DNA from: Desulfobulbus propionicus DSM 2032
GTDB lineage: Bacteria; Desulfobacterota; Desulfobulbia; Desulfobulbales; Desulfobulbaceae
Length of the DNA: 32,000 nt
Reading direction: 5' to 3'
Assembly (NCBI RefSeq): GCF_000186885.1
Contig: NC_014972.1
Location: forward strand, 210,001-242,000
Made by a program: the position numbers and the translations under genes. Below the pieces are notes generated by a model. That model was not told the DNA's origin. It worked only from the letters and a program-made list of their open reading frames with translations, and did not search any database. Below, piece after piece: positions 25,606 to 32,000 of the stretch; within the stretch, counting starts at the first letter, position 1; each line of letters opens with the position of its first letter.

Positions 25606-26464
25606 TCAGGCTGACTGTTCCCGGCGCCGGCTGGCCAGCAGCAGGCTGAGCATGAACCAGCCGCAGGCGATGAGGATGATGGTGGCGCCGGTGGCGGTGC
25701 GCGCCCAATCCTGGGCGGAGATGAGCAGGCCGCTGACCGCCGAGGTGAGGCTGATCAGCAGGGCCCACCAGAACATCGCGCCGGCCGAGCGGGCCACATT
25801 GCGCGCCGCGGCCGCCGGGACAATCAGCAGGGCGGTGACCAGCAGGACGCCGACCGCCTGCACCGAAAACATGACCACCAGGGCGAGCAGCCCGGCGAAG
25901 CAGTATTGGTGGATAGCCACCCGGATGCGGTGCGCCTGGGCCAGGGTCGGGTTGAGGCCGATATAGAGCAGATGGTTGTAGCTGAGGGCGAGAAAGAGCA
26001 TCAGCACCACGAACAGGAGGACCAGCCAGAGGATCTGGGCGTCGCTGATGGTGAGGATGTCGCCGTAAAGGAAACGTTGCAGGTCGCGGGCGAGGGAACG
26101 GTCGCGGCTGACAATGGCCAGACCGAAGGCCACCATGGCCGAAAAGAAGACCCCGATCACCGTGTCGCTCGACAGGCTGGAGTGGCGCTGGAGGATCATG
26201 ATGCCCAAGCCGACCAGCAGGCCGAAGGCGGGCATGGTCCAGCCGGGGTCGGCCGAGAACAGCAGGCCCAGGGCCACGCCGGCAAAGGCGGAATGGCTGA
26301 TGGCGTCGGAAAAAAAGGCCATGCGGAAGTTGACCACCAGGATGCCCATGACCGCAGCCATGGGGGCGAGCAGCAGCAGTCCGAGCAGGGCCTGTTGCAT
26401 GAACCGGGCGTGGAGACAGTCAAAGGGCAGCAGCTGCGGCAACAGCGCGTACAACGGCGACAAA

Positions 26465-26472
<8 letters not shown>
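25606..26472 (-). CDS. znuB: Zinc/manganese ABC transporter permease
   Basis: ABC-3 family permease: DAISHSAFAGVALGLLF..., YNHLLYIGLNPTLAQAHRIRV; clustered with ZnuA, ZnuC and Zur. Confidence 0.85.
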
Positions 26473-27271
<799 letters not shown>

Positions 27272-27272
27272 G

Positions 27273-28256
27273 CTAGTGGCTGCCAAGGGTTTGTTCCAGG
27301 GTGTTGAGGTTGGCGCGCATGACCTGTTCGTAGTAGTCCAGCGGGGCCTGTTCGGGTCCGGTGGCCGCCGGATCGAGGCGGGCGGTGGCAATAGCCGCCT
27401 CCTTGGCGATGGTTCTGCCGACAGCTTCTGGATACTGTGGTTCGGTGAAAATCGCACCTGCTTTTTTCGCCTTGATCGTCTGCACGAGACGAAGGATCTC
27501 CGAGGCGGACGGATCCTGACCAGCATGGGCCTGGACCACCGCCACCACTTCCAGCCCCATGTCGCGGGCCAGGTAGTCGAAGACCCCGTGCTGGGTGACG
27601 ATGCGGTTGGTGTGCAACCGCTTGCCCAGCTCGGCCAGTTCGTCGGCCAGCCGGGTCAGCCGTTGGCCGTAGGTCTGGGCGTTGGCGGTATAGGCCGCGG
27701 CACCGGCGGGATGGACCTGGGCCAAGGCATTGGCGATGTTGGCGGTCAGCAGGGCGGCCATGCGCGGGCTGGCAAAAAGGTGGGGATTGGCATCGTGATG
27801 ACCGTCATGCCCGTCGTTGTGGACTCCATGAGGCTGCCCATGGGTTTTGCTGGCGTGCCCGTGGCCCTCTTTTTCCTCGGTGTAGGGGAGAATCTGGGCA
27901 ATCCCGCGCGAGCTGTCGATCAGGGTGAGATGGGGATTGGCCTTGCGCACCGGCGCACCGAGAAATTCCTCCAGGCCCAGCCCGTTGATGACGAGCACCT
28001 CGGCCCTGGCCAGTTTGGTCATGTCCTGGGGCGTGAGGGCGTAGTCGTGGGGACAGCCCATCTGGGCGGGGATCATCAGCTCGACCTCGACTCCGTCAAT
28101 CCCTTGGGTGATGTTGCGGACGATCTGGTACATGGGAAAGGTGCTGGCGAGGATGCGCGGCGGCCTGTCGGCGGCATGGGCCTTCGATTGGGATAGGCAC
28201 AGGGCGGCAGGGCAGACGAACAGCAGGAGCAACAGGCGCAGGGTGGCGGTGAGCAT
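27273..28256 (-). CDS. znuA: Zinc ABC transporter substrate-binding protein with His-rich loop
   Basis: Signal peptide; HGHASKTHGQPHGVHNDGHDGHHDANPHLFASPR; VVQAHAGQDPSASEILRL. Confidence 0.9.
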   Translation of the reverse strand: MLTATLRLLLLLFVCPAALCLSQSKAHAADRPPRILASTFPMYQIVRNITQGIDGVEVELMIPAQMGCPHDYALTPQDMTKLARAEVLVINGLGLEEFLGAPVRKANPHLTLIDSSRGIAQILPYTEEKEGHGHASKTHGQPHGVHNDGHDGHHDANPHLFASPRMAALLTANIANALAQVHPAGAAAYTANAQTYGQRLTRLADELAELGKRLHTNRIVTQHGVFDYLARDMGLEVVAVVQAHAGQDPSASEILRLVQTIKAKKAGAIFTEPQYPEAVGRTIAKEAAIATARLDPAATGPEQAPLDYYEQVMRANLNTLEQTLGSH

Positions 28257-28288
28257 GGATTTATCCTCCTGAAGACGAGCGGGGAGTT

Positions 28289-28308
28289 AATGCAAATTGA
28301 TTTGCATT
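28289..28308. promoter_or_regulatory. Candidate Zur/Fur-family operator 1
   Basis: Perfect palindrome AATGCAAAT-TG-ATTTGCATT upstream of znuA. Confidence 0.6.
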
Positions 28309-28340
28309 ATACAGAGGGGTGGCGGACCGTCAACCGATAA

Positions 28341-28356
28341 TGCAAAATCTTTTGCA
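28341..28356. promoter_or_regulatory. Candidate Zur/Fur-family operator 2
   Basis: TGCAAAA-TC-TTTTGCA palindrome upstream of the regulator gene. Confidence 0.5.
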
Positions 28357-28399
28357 ACAACGACGGGCCGCGTCTATAGTGGGAGCAGGAGTGACGAGC

Positions 28400-28780
28400 A
28401 TGCAGCGAAAGACCACACAGCGAACAGCCATCGAGCAGGTTTTCCTGAGCGAGGACCGCCCTCTGGGGATCGACGAAATCCTCCGTCTCGGCCGCGCCCG
28501 GGTGGAATCGCTCAACCAGGCCACGGTCTATCGCAACCTCAAACTGCTGCTCGACCGGGGCTGGCTGACCCAGATCAACCATCCGGCCATGGGCACGCTC
28601 TATGAACGCAGCGGCAAGGCCCATCATCATCATTTTCACTGCCACGGCTGCAACCGGGTCTTCGAGCTGCCCGGCTGCACCCTCAACCAGCAGCTGGCCG
28701 CGCCCGAGGGCTTCGTGGTCGAGGATCACGAGGTCTTTCTGTTCGGCATCTGTCCCTCCTGCGCCGCCGAGGCCCAATAA
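28400..28780 (+). CDS. zur: Fur-family regulator, probable Zur
   Basis: [24 protein letters not shown]...[19 protein letters not shown]; [16 protein letters not shown] and CPSC; divergent from znuABC. Confidence 0.85.
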   Translation: MQRKTTQRTAIEQVFLSEDRPLGIDEILRLGRARVESLNQATVYRNLKLLLDRGWLTQINHPAMGTLYERSGKAHHHHFHCHGCNRVFELPGCTLNQQLAAPEGFVVEDHEVFLFGICPSCAAEAQ

Positions 28781-28911
28781 CCGGCTCCGGCCGTTTGTCC
28801 CCGCCGTGCGGGCTGTGCACCGCGCGGCCGCGGTTTTCCTTGTTGTTCCTTCCCATCGTGCGCATAGTGTCGGCAGAAATGTTTCGCGGTCTTGCCGAAT
28901 GAGGAAAGAAT

Positions 28912-29562
28912 ATGGAGTGGATGCGTGGTGTTCTTGTGGTGATGGTGTTGACGGCTTGCGGGGCCGGAAACGCCTGGGCGGAACGGGTGATCCTGTTCCT
29001 TGGCGATTCGCTGACCGCTGGTCTCGGGGTGGAGGCGGAGCAGGCCTATCCCCGGCTGCTCGGCGAGATGCTGGCCAGGGACGGCATCTCGGACGTGCGC
29101 ATCGTCAACGGCGGGATCAGCGGATCCACCTCGGCCGGCGCCCTGGCGCGGCTGCGCTGGTACCAGCAGATCACCCCTTCGATCCTCTTCCTCGCCCTGG
29201 GGGCCAATGACGGCTTGCGCGGCCTGACCATGGAGGAGATGGCGCGCAACCTGAACGCGGTGATCGAGGCCGCCAAGGCGCGGGGAATGCGCGTCATCCT
29301 CGCCGGCATGGAGCTGCCGCCCAATTACGGCCAGGAATACACCGCCGCCTTTCGCCACGTGTACCACGACTTGGCCGCCCGGCATGGCCTGCCCCTGATC
29401 CCTTTTCTCCTGGAGGGGGTCGGCGGGGTTCCGGCCCTCAACCAGGCCGACGGCATTCATCCCAACGCCGAAGGGCATCAGCGGATCGCCCGCCATGTCT
29501 ACCCCACGCTCAAGGCCTGCGTGAAAACGGCAGGGGAACGCCCCGAGGCGGGCAAACCATGA
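28912..29562 (+). CDS. tesA: SGNH/GDSL arylesterase, TesA-like
   Basis: VILFLGDSLTAGLGVEAEQAYPRLLGEML, LALGANDGLRGL, DGIHPNAEGHQRIARHVYPTL. Confidence 0.88.
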   Translation: MEWMRGVLVVMVLTACGAGNAWAERVILFLGDSLTAGLGVEAEQAYPRLLGEMLARDGISDVRIVNGGISGSTSAGALARLRWYQQITPSILFLALGANDGLRGLTMEEMARNLNAVIEAAKARGMRVILAGMELPPNYGQEYTAAFRHVYHDLAARHGLPLIPFLLEGVGGVPALNQADGIHPNAEGHQRIARHVYPTLKACVKTAGERPEAGKP

Positions 29563-30242
29563 CCGCGCCGGGCAACGGGCCGCTGATCATTGCCAGCGGC
29601 CTGGAGAAAACCTATCCCTTGCCCGAGTCGGGCCGGTTGTGCGTGCTCGACGGAGCCGGTTTCACCCTCCAGGGCGGAACGACCCTGGCGGTCACCGGCC
29701 AGTCGGGCAGCGGCAAATCGACCCTGATCGCGCTCCTGGCCGGACTGGATCGCCCCGATCACGGACAGATCACCATCAACGGCACCGAGTTGACCGGCTT
29801 GGACGAGGCCGGGCTGACCCGCTTCCGCGCCGCCCATATCGGCATTGTCTTTCAGCAGTTCCACTTGTTGCCCCATTTGACCGCCGAGGAAAATGTCCGC
29901 CTGCCGCTGGAACTGCTGCACCGGCCCTGCGAGGCGGAGGCGATCGACGCCCTGCTCGAACGGGTCGGGCTGGCGGCGCGGCGCGGCCATCTGCCGTCGC
30001 AGCTCAGCGGCGGCGAATGCCAGCGGGTGGCCATTGCCCGGGCCCTGGCGGTCAAGCCGCTGCTGCTCCTGGCCGATGAGCCCACCGGCAATCTCGACGT
30101 GGCCACCGGCCGCGAGGTGAGCGATCTCCTGTTTCACCTGGTGGAGCAGGAACGGATGACCATGGTGGTGGTCACCCACAATCAGGAACTGGCCGACCGC
30201 TGCCATCGCCGGCTGCGGCTGACCGAGGGAGTCCTGCGATGA
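29559..30242 (+). CDS. ABC transporter ATP-binding protein (LolD/YbbA-like)
   Basis: [57 protein letters not shown]. Confidence 0.9.
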   Translation: MTAPGNGPLIIASGLEKTYPLPESGRLCVLDGAGFTLQGGTTLAVTGQSGSGKSTLIALLAGLDRPDHGQITINGTELTGLDEAGLTRFRAAHIGIVFQQFHLLPHLTAEENVRLPLELLHRPCEAEAIDALLERVGLAARRGHLPSQLSGGECQRVAIARALAVKPLLLLADEPTGNLDVATGREVSDLLFHLVEQERMTMVVVTHNQELADRCHRRLRLTEGVLR

Positions 30243-32000
30243 AGGTGCTGCTGCGGCTCGTGTGGCGCGGCCTCGTCCGCCATCCGCGCTTTTCCCTGTT
30301 GTTCCTGGTCAACCTGGCCCTCGGCCTGACCGGTTTTCTCCTGGTCAGCTCGTTCAGCGCCACCCTGTCCCGCTATGTCGACGGCCACCTGCGCGAAATC
30401 TTGACCGCCGATGTGGTGATCCAGGGCAGTCGCCCCCTGACCGAACAGGAAAGGGAGCGGGTTCGCCGCGTCGCCGGGCCGGACAGCCGTTTTTCCCGGC
30501 AAATCGCCTTCTACACCATGGTCAAGGGAGGCGGCACCTCCAAGCTGGCCCAGATCGTGGCCATTGATGCGGCCTATCCGCTCTACGGCGCTTTCCAAGA
30601 CGCGGGGCAGCCGGTCGATCCGCACCTGCTGGCCGCCCTGCAGGAGCAGCCCCGCCTGCTGATGAGCCGCGAGACCGCCCGGTCCTACGGCCTGCGGCCG
30701 GACGACCCGCTGACCATCGGCCAGCTCGTTTCCACGGCGAGGACCTTTTTTGATCGCGATCCGGGCGGCGGCTTCACCGGCCTGACCCTGGCCCCCAAGA
30801 TCTATCTTGGCCTGCCGCAGGTGGAGAGCTCCAACCTGATCCGGTTTGGCAGCCGGGTCACCCACACATGCTTCATCCGGCTGCCGGAAACGGCCGACAA
30901 CGCCGAAGTGGCGACCCGACTGGGCGCGGCCCTGGCCGGGCCCGAGGGCAAGTCGGATCTGCGTGTGTCTTCCACCGTGGATGTCAACCGCCGCCTGGGC
31001 CGGGCGGTGGGCTACTTCAGTTCGTTCCTCGGTTTGGCCTCCATGGCCTCCCTCGGCTTGGCCGGCCTGGCGGGCGGTTATCTGTTCCGGGAGCATCTGC
31101 GCGGCAGGAGGCGGGAAATCGCCATTCTCCTCAGTCTCGGCGCCGGCCGCCGCCAATGCCTGCTTCTGCCCATGGGAGAGCTGGCCCTGCTTGGCCTGGG
31201 CGCGGCCTGCCTGGCGACGATGCTGAGCCAGGCGCTGCTGCCGCTGTTTAGCCGGCTGTTCGTTGGTCTCATTCCCGTCGACCTCCACCTCGGGGTTGAT
31301 CCGGCTTCCGTGCTCATGACCCTGGTGATCGGAACGGCCGGCAGCCTGCTGTTCTGCCTGCCGGTTTACCGGCGCATCCTGGCTGTCCGGCCGTTGTCGC
31401 TGTTGCGCGATCAATTCGACAACGGTTCGCCTTCCTGGCAGGAGCGCATCCTGCAGTCGGCCACCCTGGTCCCAGCCGTTGGTCTGCTGTTTTTTCTGGC
31501 CGTGCGTCTCAGCCACACGCCTGCGCAGGGCATCGGATTCGCCGTCGGACTGGCGGCGGTGATCGGACTGCTCGCCCTGATCGGTAGGATGCTCGCCGCC
31601 GGCTGCCGCCGCTGGTCGCGAACCGATCGCCTCACCTGGCGGATCGTCTGGCGCAACCTTTACCGCAACCGCCTCGCCGCCAGCGCGGTCTTTGCCGCCC
31701 TGGCCACGGCCCTGTTGCTGGTGAACCTCATTCCCCAGGTGGAAAAGGGGCTGATCGCCGAGATCGGCCAGCCGGAGGGGATGGAGCGGCCCGACCTGTT
31801 CCTCATTGATATTCAGGAAGAACAGCGGCAGCCGCTGGAGGCATTGTTGCACACGGAACAGGTGGTTCTGTCTCCACTGGCCCCCATGGTTCAGGGACGG
31901 ATCGCCAGCATCAACGGCATCCCTTTCGCCCGCTGGCGCGACCAGCACGGCGCTGGCGACGAGCGGGGGTTGCGGCGCACCGAGTTCAATTTTTCCAGCA
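30239..32000 (+). CDS. FtsX-like ABC transporter permease (YbbP-like), truncated by window end
   Basis: [65 protein letters not shown]...; open to 32000; overlaps the ATPase stop codon. Confidence 0.88.
   Translation, partial: MKVLLRLVWRGLVRHPRFSLLFLVNLALGLTGFLLVSSFSATLSRYVDGHLREILTADVVIQGSRPLTEQERERVRRVAGPDSRFSRQIAFYTMVKGGGTSKLAQIVAIDAAYPLYGAFQDAGQPVDPHLLAALQEQPRLLMSRETARSYGLRPDDPLTIGQLVSTARTFFDRDPGGGFTGLTLAPKIYLGLPQVESSNLIRFGSRVTHTCFIRLPETADNAEVATRLGAALAGPEGKSDLRVSSTVDVNRRLGRAVGYFSSFLGLASMASLGLAGLAGGYLFREHLRGRRREIAILLSLGAGRRQCLLLPMGELALLGLGAACLATMLSQALLPLFSRLFVGLIPVDLHLGVDPASVLMTLVIGTAGSLLFCLPVYRRILAVRPLSLLRDQFDNGSPSWQERILQSATLVPAVGLLFFLAVRLSHTPAQGIGFAVGLAAVIGLLALIGRMLAAGCRRWSRTDRLTWRIVWRNLYRNRLAASAVFAALATALLLVNLIPQVEKGLIAEIGQPEGMERPDLFLIDIQEEQRQPLEALLHTEQVVLSPLAPMVQGRIASINGIPFARWRDQHGAGDERGLRRTEFNFSS

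Noticed and set aside
30182-31948. 588-aa minus-strand ORF
   Set aside because: Antisense to the well-supported FtsX-like permease and rich in Gln/Gly/Arg low-complexity sequence, typical of the complement of high-GC coding DNA.

Overview
The window splits at about 16.4 kb. The left part (1 to ~16.4 kb) is an accessory island. It carries P4/satellite-like phage genes (D5-type primase/helicase, minor-tail-Z-like protein), BrnT/BrnA and HigB/HigA toxin-antitoxin pairs, small HTH regulators, a secreted SNase with a zinc-ribbon membrane protein, a solitary DRT/UG-type reverse transcriptase, two orphan hypothetical genes and a tyrosine recombinase that abuts a 3' tRNA fragment. The right part (~17-32 kb) looks like host backbone: tetraheme and split-Soret-type cytochromes, modEABC, a DUF4424-like protein, ADP-forming acyl-CoA synthetase, znuABC with zur, a TesA-like esterase, and an ABC ATPase with an FtsX-like permease. 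The most interesting locus is 10.5-12.46 kb. A 498-aa reverse transcriptase starts 13 nt downstream of a Rho-independent terminator that ends a structured, apparently non-coding region, an arrangement like ncRNA-coupled anti-phage RT systems (DRT2/DRT9 type). Integron attC-like folding sites (imperfect stems with extrahelical bases and AAC/GTT-type core boxes) lie between 9.4 and 15.2 kb. They appear to delimit higBA, the ncRNA+RT unit, a 275-aa orphan and a 561-aa orphan as separate cassettes. No IntI-type integrase is seen in the window. All family names come from reading sequence motifs; no database search was run.
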